A stretch of 64,000 nucleotides of DNA, from the NCBI GenBank assembly GCA_965178125.1, contig OZ237767.1, positions 682,001 through 746,000 on the forward strand, read 5' to 3'. Shown one piece after another: positions 14,801 through 30,700 of this stretch. This stretch comes from Bilabrum cf. latius. Lineage: Eukaryota. A program made the position numbers and the translations under genes. The first letter of the stretch is position 1. Each line of letters opens with the position of its first letter. The notes beneath the pieces are model-generated. The model worked only from the letters and a program-made list of their open reading frames with translations, was not told where the DNA came from and searched no databases.

Positions 14801-17800
14801 GGCCACAGGGCCCCCTCTTGCTCCAGCGCTGTGCCGAGCGCCTCCCCGTCTCCCTCAGCGCCCCACACACCCCAGTACCGCAGGGTGCTGCCGCGGCCCA
14901 TTGAGCCCCCCACAAACGTGCCCATGCCGTCCCACTCATATTTCTCCATAATTGCGGCGAACGGAGTCGAGCTCTGGACCAGCCCGCGGTTCCTCCTCGA
15001 CGATTCGCCGCTCGATTTGCCCTTCTTCGGTTTTCGGCTGCCTCTCGATTCCCGAGAGCTGGGCAACCCGGCGCGGCCCCGCTCCAGGCTCGAATCCAGC
15101 TCGGAAGACCCGGAACCGCTGAGCACAGAGCCAGGCTCAACGGAGCGGCTGCCCACCAGCGCCAGCCGATGGCCCGGTGTCTTGCTGGTCACACCCTCGT
15201 TGGAGCCGACCGCACCGGAGCTCTGCTCGCTGCGGGAGCGCTTCCCTCTCTTCCTGCCGCGAGCCAGCGAGCGGGTCGTCCTGTCGGTTGAAGACTTCTT
15301 CTTCTTGAAGCGCCCCGTGCTCTCCTCGCTGCCGGCAAGATCTTTGCAAGGTCGTCGCCACACCGGGATGTACCCTTCGGTGTCGTGCGCGCGGGCCAGG
15401 GCCCGGTCGAGTGAGAGATCCACCGAGGACTCGCTCGAGCGCCACCTGCCCGCGCCCCCTTGTGTCTCCTGCAGTCGACGCTCTACCTCCCCGCGCAACT
15501 TCCTCGAGTCTGGCGCCCAGTCTTCCAGGCCCTCCGCCTCGGCCCTGAGCTCCGCCTGGGCCTCCTGTCTCCGCCGCGCCATCTCGCGCTCCACACCTCC
15601 TGCATCAGCGAGCAGCAGCTGTGGCGAGTTAGATCTTGCCACTGTCAGCTCTTCTGCCTTGCCACCGCCTCCGGTTCCGGCTCCCGAGGCAGGTCCCGCC
15701 CCGGTCATACCTGTCGCCAGTTCCTCCGACCCGCGGTAGGCATCCATCGCCAGCTGCAGAGCGGCTTCTCCACCTCCCATCGAGCTCCCTGCCCTGGATC
15801 GCTTGCCCGAGCTGGTCGACCTGTACGCATCCCCACCTGCGGCTCGTGGGGCAGTCAGCGCCTGGAGGTCGTGTTCAGAGGCGGTCACGTGGATCGAGTT
15901 GGTATCCCTGGACTCCAAAGAATCTGAGCTGTCCCGGCGGTCTCTTGGGGAATCATGCTTCTCGTCGCGGTGGTTCGAGCGGATAATCTGACGAGGTCTG
16001 CCATTCGCCCGCAGCTTTGTTGGGATTCTAGCAACAGCTGGGGTCAAATCTGACGACCGGAAGGCGCGGTGCCCGGCAGACGCCAAGGCCGCGCCAGGCT
16101 TGCCCACAGCAAAATCTGCTGGTTGTCCCGCATCTTTCGGCTGGCTAGCAGGCATTGAGGAATCCTGCATAGTGGATCCAAACGTAGGCGCCTCCAGGTC
16201 ATCTTGCGAGGCAGGCAGTCCCGGGTGTTCGAGCCTCTCAGCGGCCGCACCCTGTGCCTCTCCGAGCCCCTGCTTGTGGATGTTGCGGCGCCCGCCTCGG
16301 TCTGCTCCTTTCTTGCGCTGGGGCCGCATGTCTGCGATGCCGCTCGCTGGCAGCGACGTGCCAGTCGTTGCTTGCGCCGGCATGCCGTTGGCCTGCTGGC
16401 TCAGCGCGAGCTGCCTCTTGTTGGCCTAGAGCGCCTCCCGCTCTAGGTCGGCAGCCCTGAGGGCCTGCTCTCTGGCGGCCTGCCGGAGTTGTTCATGATC
16501 TACTGGGGACGGCATTTCCCCAAACAGCGGCTCCTGCTCCCGTGCCTCGATCTCAGATGCATGCATGGCTGCTGCGAGTGCCTGAGGGGGCGCAGATAGC
16601 CCGGGCAGGGGCTCCGTGCCGTGCTCGCCCATATCCCCGTCGGATCCCGCGGAGCCCTTGCCGCTGCCATCGGACTCATCCCCGCTGGATCCAGCCGCGG
16701 GCCAGTGGCAGACACCCTCTCGGATGAATTTGCCCGCATCTTTCGGGCTGGCGCTGGCCGTGGTGCTGCCCCGGCGGTTCTTGCTGTTGGCCAATCGAAG
16801 CGCGGTCGCTCGCACGATGCGCTGCACCTGCTGCCGGTTGCGGGACCGCAGATCGTCCCTATGTCTCGCCAATCTGCGGAGAGCCACGGCCCACCGGTAC
16901 GTGGCCCAGAGGCCGTACCCGCCACCGATGGGACTCACGGAGGGACCCCCCGGGCGCACCTCCACGGCTGGCACTGGAGTGCCGCTGCACCCGCACAAGC
17001 ACTCGCAACCACGGGACCAGCACGTTCCACACCCGCTGCACCCGCACAGCCTGCAGCAGCTCGCGCACCCACACACCCACACCCGCGAGGCGGCCAGTCG
17101 CGCCGCGCCCTCCACAGTAGCACTGCACGCGCCTACCAGCCGGCCCAGCAGCCCCGGCACGAGGAGCACCCGGCAAAAGACCCGGAGCCGAATGGCCCAG
17201 TCCTTCGAGAGGGGGGCCAGCTCGGTCTCCATTGATGTGACGAGTGCAGCCATGGCAGCCGCAGCCAGCCCCGCGCACGAGACCAGGACGGCCCTCTCGG
17301 CGGCTGCTTGCACGGCGGATCGCGTGACGAGCGGCAGGGGTACCCGGCGGGAGGGCGGCGGCGGGGGTGCATTCGAGACCATCTCGGCGCGGGCCTCCTT
17401 GAAGGCCCGCTTCATGCGCAGGTCGGTGAGCTCTCGTTCCTGAGGGCTGCTGCCGGCGCTCGTTTCGCTGCCACGGGGACCAGGGGGTCGGGGACCCCCG
17501 GCCGCGCCCTCTGCTGAGCCCATAGGCTCTTCTTGTGAATTAATACTTGAATCATGCTGCTCATTGCTCCTCATGCTCGCATCGCTCCCAGCGGCAGGGG
17601 GTGGATTTATCGGGGAATCGCTGCGCCTGGCGGCAGCCGCCGCACGGGAGCCCCCTCTGCCATGCCAGCGGCTGCGGCGAGCAGGCTCACTCGCGACACT
17701 TGATAACCAAGAGACAGGAGCAATGCCGCCCATTCCAGAGACGTCGTCCTCGGCCATAGAATCAATGTCGAGCAATGCCGACAAGGAAGCGTCTGACCTC

Positions 17801-18674
17801 GACTGCTGCCTTTGCCTCGAAGCGGCAGCGTAAGCAGTCTAAGGAAAAGAGTTGCTACCTTGTGCATCTCCACCATCGCGCGCCGCGTCTTCGGTGGTTC
17901 GATGGGCGTCCGAGCGGCTAGAGACGGCCAAACGAACACGTCGTTCGGAGGCGCCCTCTCCTGTCGCACCCGACTCTGTCTCGGGCTAGTTTGCAGGCGC
18001 AAGCGTCTTTGTACTTCGAATTGCTTGGATGAGTCGTCGCAACTTATTCTTGCGTAGCTGCGCAGATACGCTTGCACCGACCGAGCTCCCGGCTGGCAAC
18101 GGGTTCAACAGCGATCGGTGCGTTGTAGACGCCCCAGGGTACATACTTGACTGCGGATGCATAAGTTTAAGAATAATAATATATTATAAATTGCTTGGAT
18201 GGGCACTGCGAGTGGAACGGTGGCCACTGTATCGCTTACAATCTACCAGGCATCATGTAGCAGCCAAAGGATGGCCAGCACTGCCTCTCTGGCCGATACG
18301 GCTAGTATCGACCCCCAGTATACATTCGAAGTAGGCTAGCTGCTTTGCGTGATCCGCACGCCTGCGTCGGCGATGCCTCCAAGCAGCCCAACAGCCGCGA
18401 CCAGCACAGCGGTCACTAAAAGCCAGCCACAAGGCGACCAAGATGCAGATAGGGACAAACCAGGCAAGCAGTAGCTGCAACATTTAGCACGCGTATGTTT
18501 TCGGAGCTGCATGTTCTTGTATCCATTCCTGTCCCAGCAAAAGCAAGGCGATTGTTGGTGGACACTCGTTAGCGCTGCGTCCCCGCCAGAAAGGAGCGCC
18601 CTCAAGGCTCGTTCCTGGTTGCTCGTAGGAATGGGATCGTCTGGTGCATACTACTGGTACTGAGAGGCTGCCAT
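5863..18674 (-). CDS. Giant (~4,200 aa) hypothetical multi-pass membrane protein with Cys-rich and low-complexity segments; about 35 in-frame TAGs; probable intron 18151-18239
   Basis: 17 ORF-track fragments from 16426..17784 down to 5863..6453 share one minus frame. I read every gap and found only TAG interruptions, with no TAA/TGA from 18183 to the TAA at 5865-5863. A GTAAGC...CCGCAG phase-0 intron joins an upstream hydrophobic exon. The start is uncertain (ATG at 18674, 18782, 18791 or 18836; 18162 if unspliced). Confidence 0.75.
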
Positions 18675-18864
18675 TGGGGGGCCAACCGAAGGTACTGCAC
18701 TCCTTCTAGATCGAATCGATCGATGCTGCAGAGAGAACGGCTCACGATGGTCGCAAAAAAGATCACTCGCCAATTGCCACATTCCAATCATTGATGGCGA
18801 CCCACTTCCGGTCGCTTCTGGTGCGATCGTATGCATTATGGTTCTTGTTGAATGCAAAACTACA

Positions 18865-21800
18865 TCAATCACTGAGCTCTGCCAACAGAGCCTGTACGTC
18901 AAGTCCACCAGTGGCCGGCGCAGCTTTGGTGCCAACTGCAACGCCAGTAGACCCCGCAGTTGGGTTCGGTCGTCGAGCTCCAGTGGCGTCGCGAGTACCC
19001 CGAGGGAGGCCATCCACGGCACAATCCCACGCAGTTCTTGACGAATGACTTTCCTTGGGCACGAGTGGCCTCACTCTAGACGGCGAGACAGCGTGCTCCA
19101 TCGGGTTGGTCCTCCGGCGACCACCAGTCTCGCCGAGTGAAGCTCTATCCGTCCAAGCCTCGGGCTCGCCTCGCTCGATCACGAAGTCGTCCTCATCATC
19201 GAATCCGGCATCGTCACTGACAACTGGAGCCGTCGACGTCTGAGCAAGTGCTGCCGCTGCCACTGGACCGCTCGATGCCTGCCCAGGCACCGCCGTGGCC
19301 TCCCTGCTGTTGCCAGCGGTTGCACGTCCATGTTCAGGTCCAGACGCGCCGCCCCAACCAATGCCCGATGTTGTTGCTTCGGCACCGATCGTGCCAAGGC
19401 GAGGTTCAGTACTACCTGAAGAACCATGAGCCACCGCTGGCACTTTGTCCGGCTAGTGGCCGAGGACAGTCGAGCCCCCCCTCGACGCAGGGGGACGTGG
19501 ATGACCACGATCACCGTGGTGGTATCGATCGAGATCACGCGCATGATCACGGTCGTGAGCCCGCTGTGCCTGCGTCTGGGCCCCGAGCGCCGCCTGAGCT
19601 CTCCTCGCCGCGGCGTCGTCCAGCGTGTAGCCGCCCGCCACGCCTGCTCCCACGCTCTGCCACAGCTTGCGGCGGATGAGGGCGCGCACCTTCTCGATCG
19701 ACTCGCTCACCCACGGCGGGCTGCCATCCTTCACGCGCACGTCCTCACGGCTATCACCCGGCAGATGCACGCTGGCGTTGAGCCGCTCCACCGTGGCATC
19801 GGGGGGCAGCTGGCCATCAGCCCGCCCCACAGCAATCCAGCTCTCCATGTAGCCGGGCACCTCCAGCGTGTTGGTGCACGTGTGGCTCGCGGGTAGACGC
19901 TGCAGTGCATTGCGGTGCGCCGCGAGCCCGTAGATCATGCCCGGCACGTCCAGCCTCAGTTCCTCGGAGGCCACCGGGGGCAGGGCAGGCACCCCAGTCA
20001 CGAACCGGAGGAAGGCTGCCTGCTGTTTGGGCGTGCCCCTGCGGACTGTCTCCCACAAGAGGGCGACCTGCACGGGGCACTCCGCGAGGGAGGGGTCCAC
20101 CACCACGCGGAAGACCTGCTCCAGAGGAAGCTGGCCACCCCCCTCACCCGCCCCGTGCATCTCCAGTGCCCTCTCAGGGGGTGGCTGTCCCCCCGAGAAG
20201 AAGTCCCTCAGGGCCTCGTCGCTGAAGCACTGCAGCACCACCCGGGCCACCCTCACGCTGTCCTCCACTGCCGCGAGCTCCTCCCCATCACGTACAGCCT
20301 CGTCCTTCGGGCGGGATGGCAGCCCGAGCGCAGTTGCGAACCCGAGCGCCATGCCTGCTAGACAGGCCCCGTCCCCGGGGAGGCACAGTCGCCTCAGAGT
20401 GGAGGCCAGCAGCCTGTCGCGCGCAGAGGGTCCAGGACCGTCGGTGCCACGCGCCCCTTCCTGTATAAAGAAGCCACCCTTTTGCACCTTCCTGAAGCCT
20501 TGTGCCGCCGCGACTGCAGGGTCCACCCGCCGGCTAGCTTCCTTCAAGTTGCTGTCCTGGCCTGCAGTGCCCCCGGCCCCTGGCTCAGATACGGATACCT
20601 GGCCCGAACTACTGACGCCAGGGGACCCAGGGGCTGACGCGGTGCGCGAGGTCGGCTGCTACTGATGGTGCGCATCCTCTGTGGTGCCCATTGCCCCGTT
20701 CCATCCGTCGCTACCTCTTGCCTCGCCGCCCCCCTCCCCCTCTTCTTCTTCATCGCTGTCCTCCTCCTCCAGCTCCAGCATCGCGGCCGCCTCGTCCTCT
20801 CCGAGCGCGCGCACTCTTGCGATCGCCTCAGCATTGCTCGGGTCCACTTCGTCTGCTACAGTCTCGTTCAGGGGATACGACCACTGGACATTCATGCCTT
20901 GCAACTGCCGTGCATTCGGAGCTTTAGATTCCGAGGGCAACTTGCCTTCTGCGGCATGGATTGCTTGCTGCAGCCCCACCAGCAGTGCCCTGCAAACGGG
21001 CCGGGCTAGGTGCACGCGGGGGGACGAGCGGTTGAGCAGCGAGCTACCGAGCAGCCACCCCAGCACGTGCCAAGGAACCAGGTCGGCGGCGGCGCGACCG
21101 CCTTGGTCCTGCGCTGGCCACAGCACAGCAGTCCCTGGCACTCGCTTGAGCATGGGCTGCCGTTCCAGACTGAACTGCCAGGTTCCGGTAGGTGCAGGCT
21201 TGTGGTTAGGAGCGGCACCAGCATCTGCGTCCATGCCACTGCACTCGCCAGCCAAGGTTGCGGGGAGCATGCGATCAAGCTGAAGCTCCAGCGCGAGCGT
21301 TTCTTCGTCTTGGCTACAGCTGCCCCGTCCGTTCGTGCCTGCAGCCGTCCCATTTCCCTGCGCAAGCACGTGCACCCGTGTAATCCTTGCCTCGAACACA
21401 TCTGCACGCACCGACGGGACCCCTTCGGCATCGCCAACCAGTGGATCCGGCCGAGCGGCAGGCACCCACCTTACCCTTCCGAGCACACCTCGCTGCCTCG
21501 ACTGGGACCCCAGCCAAACGTGATGCGCAGGCGCCGTCGATACCACGCCAGCATCCCTCTTGTGCTCCTGCCCTGGTCCATGCCCAGTCCAGACGCCCCT
21601 CAGCCTGGGCGCCCCCTCACGCCCCCATACAGAGCGCATGGCCAGCTCCTCCCACGCCTCCCCCTCCTCATGGAACCACTGCCCCACCGCAAGGAACAGC
21701 TCCTTCCTCAGCCCGTGCCCCTCGCCTGCCTCAAACCGCCCCCCTTCTGCCCACTTAATTCCTGCGCCGCCCCCTAGACCTGCAGCGCCGCCCACACCCG

Positions 21801-23283
21801 AGAAGGACACGTCCAGCGCCCGGGCGGCAGATTCGAAACTGCCAGCCTCGCCCAGGTGCTTCACGGCGCTGATGCACTGCTCCGATCTATCCACCGCGAG
21901 CCGCCGCCTGGGCACCTCCCAGTGGGCCGGCAGTCCCTGCCTCCTCCTCCCGCCGAGCCCCTCCCCCTGCCAGCTCCACGCCCACGCAGCCGCCAGGGGA
22001 CGCCTGCACGCCAGCGCGAGGGTGGTGCCGTCCAGCAGGGCTAGCACCCCGGGGACGAGCCGGCCCAGCGGGTGCATGGACCGAGGGTCCTTCGAGGATC
22101 CCGTTTGTGGTGCGCGTGCTGGGTCCCTGAGGCCCTCGGTGAGGGTTCGATCCTCATGCTCGTCTAGAGGGGGCGAGAAGGCATCCGTGGCCAGCAGCCC
22201 CAGCGCCGCGAGGACGCCCTCCAGGAACGGAGCAGGGGCATGGGTGGTCGTTGCGGAGGCAGTGTCTGGGCCATCGAGATGAGTGGTACACTTCTTGTTC
22301 TCAGATCCTCTCAATGTACCCGAAGAAGTGTCAAACCCCGATCCCAACCTACCAGTCCCCGCGATCGGCCCGAAGCCTCCACCATACGCCTTCCCACTGC
22401 CGAAGCCGCGAGCGTGGGCCCCGTCGGCACCAGCGGTTTTCCCGCTGCTGCCCATGCCCCAGCCGGCAGCAGCGCCCACATTCCTCGACTGGGTACTATC
22501 GTTTGGCCCGACTGAAGCCCGCACTGCCGCGCACGCGAACCCAGGCGAGTCCGCAGGCAAGCCGTCCCGGGAACGACCGCCGAGCTGGTCGCCCCGCCAC
22601 GCCGATGTGAGCACCAGACGAAGCAGCTCGTTCAAGGGCGATGAAACTGCCAGGGCACCTAATGCATAGTCGCCTGCAGATCTCGCGGCACGGACACAGG
22701 CATTGACGTACATGGCAACACGGTGAACTTGCGTCGCAGTCAGCAGCCGATTCGGAGAGCCGTGCCAGTCCACATCGGCAGTGGACAGTATCTACCCCAC
22801 CCGCTGCGCGAGCTTAGCTACAGTATGCGGTGTCCATGCCCTGCCGTCATCATCTTGGCTTTGGACAAACTGCCTGACTGATGGACAAATTCTCGCACAC
22901 CAGCGGTCCAGGCAGGCCCGCACATCCTCGACACGAACGCCTCCATAACTGCTGTCCTCCATCATGAATTGCATCTATTTTATATACCAGCACGAAAACT
23001 TAGACAATGTTCCTTGCGATGCAAGAGTGATGTCGTGCGCTACACGAGCTCGTCCAACGGCTCGGTCCGCGGTATTTGTGGCCTACGACGGCGCTATTCC
23101 AACCAGAGTAAGAAGAACTGGTCTGGACCATACAATTGTAATCATGCTGGAACAGTTTTGGATGCATTGAACCGCTCGTCTGGTGGGTAAACTACCGGCG
23201 AGTTTGCGTCCATTTCTTGCAGGTGCACCGCCGCTGTTGTCACGTTGTTGTTGCGTATTGTCTGCGCTAATGCACAAACCCAT
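18865..23283 (-). CDS. HECT-domain E3 ubiquitin ligase (~1,470 aa), 5 in-frame TAGs
   Basis: GHGLRKELF (N-lobe-like), FLRFVTG and LPASHTCTNTLEVPGY (catalytic Cys near 19877). Fragments 23083..23292, 22792..22974, 20659..22773, 19453..20547 and 18865..19443 are one frame, separated only by TAG (23083, 22975, 22792, 20659, 19453), and end in TGA. The start is approximate. Confidence 0.8.
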
Positions 23284-23600
23284 GTCAAACACTAAATACG
23301 AACGACTACATGCTTAGACACGTCAAACGTGGCGGGGTGTTGCTAGTTCACAACCCGCAATGTAGGCTGCATTATGCAGCCAAGCATCATGATGTAGCGG
23401 AACCTCGTCGTCGGTTGAGGTCGTTCAAGGACTTCCAATGAACCAGCGGCACCATCTTCAACACTACCCGTTCAACAAGCTGTCATCCGAATTGGCAGTG
23501 CGAAGGTAGCGCGAGCGGATTGTTGTGCAGCAATGAATAATCGTCTTGGTATCAAGTAGACAGAGTCCTACGAATGGCTCTGCGGGCCCTTGCAGTCGCC

Positions 23601-27037
<3,437 letters not shown>

Positions 27038-27761
27038 TATTCTTGGCCGAGAGAGGATTTGTCTGAGGAAAGGAAAGGGATTCTGACCCTCACCGCGTGC
27101 TCGCATTACCTCCGCTCGTCAGCTGCAGCAGCAGTCTGAAATACGATCCTACTAGTAGCGTGCAACTTGAGCACCACGGCCTCACCACGGCGGGGTGTAG
27201 GCGTTGTTGGATCATCCTGATTGAACTCGGGAGTCTCGATGAGTGCCACAGAGATTAGGCGTGGGACGAAGGGTCTGGTGCGAAGTCTTGAAGGTGGCAC
27301 AGTGATGATGATGTTGGTGATGATTGAGCAGCTTGAATGCAGAATCCAGCTGTGAGCCTTTTCAGGCTGCGGCACTGAGTGCGCGAGGCTTACAACGGAA
27401 GTTGAAGGTGAAGTTGACTCACCCACCCACCTGTGAGTTGGTGAGGCCAACAAGGCCTCTGAGATTGAGGTCGCGCGTTGGGCGCAGGACCCGCTCGAGG
27501 TGCAGGCTCAGATGCGACGCAGCGATGCGGAGGAGTGAGAGCGCGCTTAATGAGGCCAGGTGTGTCATGACGGGCAGAGTAGAGAGGGATGGGAGTTCAC
27601 CAAGCGGGTGAGGGAGGAATGGAGGAGGAGATGATCGACCGACAACCCACGCAGGCGTCGCGCATCTGGATTTTGGGTCTCTGGCAGTTGCACGACACTG
27701 TGCGACCACTTGCGATCGCCGATGATCGGCCGATCAGACACCGCAGTGAGAAGTGGCCGGC

Positions 27762-30700
27762 ATGGACTGGAATGATTTCGGTGAAGAGTCAGATGTATCA
27801 GACCCCGGTGACTGGATGACGCGCGGGCACAGGCGCGTGTCCTTGCTGCTTTCCGAGGCGGAGCGTGCAGCGGCGGCAACGCAGTTTAACTCTGGTGCAG
27901 CATGCGGCAACCGCGCGTCTAGCCCCACAAGAACGTATTCGAGCAGTAAACCAGGAAATGATTCACAGATGAAGGCCCAAATCGTGCCCCCGTCGCTGCC
28001 ACTCTCAGTGAATCGATCTTCTATGCGGCGCCGGAGGCGATCAAGCATTGGCCTCGCGTCACCCGTGTTGAGATTGTCGCAAGCCAGCTTGATTGACGGC
28101 GTATGTGTTGAGATATCTGATGAGGAGTCAAACTCTCGGGAATCGCCTGTCGCAGAAGGAGGCGGCACTTCACTGCAGTAGCACAGGGAGCTAGTGGACG
28201 CACTACGACTCAGCGATGCGGGGAGCGCAACAAGTAGTTCGCAGAAAAACCCAACCCGACGTAGGCGAGCCGCATCTCGACAGAGGCGGCTCTCTCGTTT
28301 GAGCCGAACATCGGGAGTATCCGGTAGCTCGGCGCAGTCGACTGATGGATAGGATCGATTGGGACCTGGCGTTTCTCCCACAAGACCCCAACAACAGAAA
28401 GTATCTCGTGAAGGTGCAGACGAGTCTAGTCAACTTCAGAGCTAGATTGCCGATGGACGGCCCGTATCTCCTCCAGGCAGCCCGGATCGTTTCTGGGGTG
28501 AGCAGCCTGCCGCGGGCCATCAGTTGGGCAGGGGCAGGGGCAGTCCCGCGGTACTTCGCAGGAGAAGTTCCCTATCAGGTCCGCGAGTGCGCCCCAGCGC
28601 GCAGGGGGCGGCTGCAGGGCCTAAAGCAGCGGGCGGCGCAAAAGGTGCGGGAGGGAGGCCACGAGCCAGCAGCGGAGCGGAAGCGCACGATGTGGCGCGT
28701 CGCAGTGCAATACAGCGGGTGCGATTCGGTGGAAGCGATGCAAGAGCAGCAAAGAACGTCCAGCAGACAGCCGGTGCTGGGGCGGGCCCCCCTGGTCGCG
28801 CCAAGAGCCAGGAGCCCGCTGGCGCTGGCACTGGCACTGGCGCTGGCACTGGCAGGAGAGGGCTCGGGCCCCGCAAGCTGAGGCTTTCCATCTCCGTGCC
28901 CGACTCTGCCATCACGGACGGGGCTGAAGTGGGGCGCGGCACCGGCGGAGGGAGCGGGAGCTCGCCAGATCCAGGCATGGCAGGGCGCCGGTCTCGGGTA
29001 CAGGGCCGCAGTAGCATCCTGGCGAATGCGGCGGACTTCCAGCGGGCTCTTGAGGCAAATCCTGGAGCGGCTGGAGGCATCATCACGAGACGGGGGCCAA
29101 ACACGGGGATGGGTCGGGGCAGGAGGCGCGGGGCCCAGCCGCTTCGATCGCCGTCTGGACGTGTGAAGCGGGCCCCCGGGGGCGCCAGGCTGCGAGACGT
29201 TGAGTTCGTGCCTCCGCCTCGCCCGCACGCGCCCATGTTCTCGCCCGTGTCCAGAACGCGGGTGCTGGCTCGCAGCGAGCGCAGAAGCAGCGCTTGGAGG
29301 GCCGTGCGCGGAGCGGTGGTGGACGAGAGCGTGCGAGCAGAGGTGCGGCGGCTGATCAATACGAAGCGCGTGTCGGAGGTGATGCGGCGGTGGAGGCGGC
29401 GGGAGCAGGGAAAGGAGCGGACGGACGCCAGAGCAAGCGCGGGGGCGGGACAGTCGATGGCAGACAGCGCTCCAAGGGCGCACGTGGACATATCTGCATT
29501 CGAGCATGGAGAACGCGCTAGTGCACACGACCGAGCGGTGCATCATAGTGGGAAGCGAAGGCAAGGCGGCGGGGTGTCGGGATCCGGTGCGGACTTGGGA
29601 GGAGCAGTTGACGGCTTCCTTCCTTCCGCGGCTGCCTCCACCTCATCCAAGGCTGGCTCAGGATCGGTGCCGCAGCCGTCCCGTACAGGCGACTCGTACA
29701 GCCAGCGGTCTGCCGACAGTCCTGATGGGATCCACGGCCATCGAATCAGCCCAGGCCCGCACTTGGAGGGTCTGGACTCCCCTCCGCGGCCCTTCCATGA
29801 CGATGAGATGGAGTCCAGCCACACGTCCGGGGAGTCCGACCTGGAGAGAGACTTGTCCTGCGGACCTACGATGCTCGTGTCCTCGCCCGTCCATATGGTG
29901 CAGGTGCTGGAGGCAGCTGGTGCTAGAGCCACCGATGTGTGGCGCGGGCAGCAGCAGTCGTACGGCAGTGGATCTAGGCCACCTCTGAGGAGCACGACGA
30001 TGGGCACTGGGGAGCCGGTGGCGATATCATCGGCCGAGGCATTCAGAGCGATCGATGACCCCAGAGACCTGATCGAGTCCGACAGCGGGAGCGAGGCCTC
30101 CTTGCCAGCGCAAGCGAGCGCACCTGTGCTAGTACTGCGGCGCGCAGATGACCTGCGCGTTTTGCTGGATAGGCATGGCCTGCGGGTGGCGGATGTCAGA
30201 GCAGGACAAGCAGGCATGTATAATGGGAGCCACCGGCTGTCTGGGAAGGAGCCAGAGGAGCGACATGTGGCCCTGGCGCGTGCACAGCTCCAAGGGGAGC
30301 GCGCTCGTGCTCTCCAGGCCGCGGTCTCAGAGGTTGCTGGGGTTGAGTCAGCTCCTGCAGAGGTCGCAAGTAGCGAGTCAAACCCTCCTGCAGAGGTCGC
30401 AAGTAGCGAGTCAAACCCTCCTGCAGAGGTCGCAAGTAGCGAGTCAAACCCTCCTGCAGAGGTCGCAAGTAGCGAGTCAAACCCTCCTGCAGAGGTCGCA
30501 AGTAGCGAGTCAAACCCTCCTGCAGAGGTCGCAAGTAGCGAGTCAAACCCTCACGAAGGACACGCGCGTGGCTCTGCACATGCTTCAACCCCGCGATATG
30601 GTTCCTTGCTCGTCAGGCTGCGATCCAGAAGGAGAGTGCTCGTCTCAGAGGATGACGCGGATGCGGTGGCCATCGAGCCGAACAGTGCTAGTATGGATGT

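Noticed and set aside
10217-17443. Long + strand ORFs (10217..11209, 12305..13816, 14603..15739, 16616..17443)
   Set aside because: They are antisense to the 12-kb continuous minus frame and have no recognisable motifs.
18253-18483. Separate small single-TM gene (76 aa, minus)
   Set aside because: It overlaps, in another frame, the predicted first exon of the giant membrane gene, which has a clean in-frame splice. It is not fully excluded.
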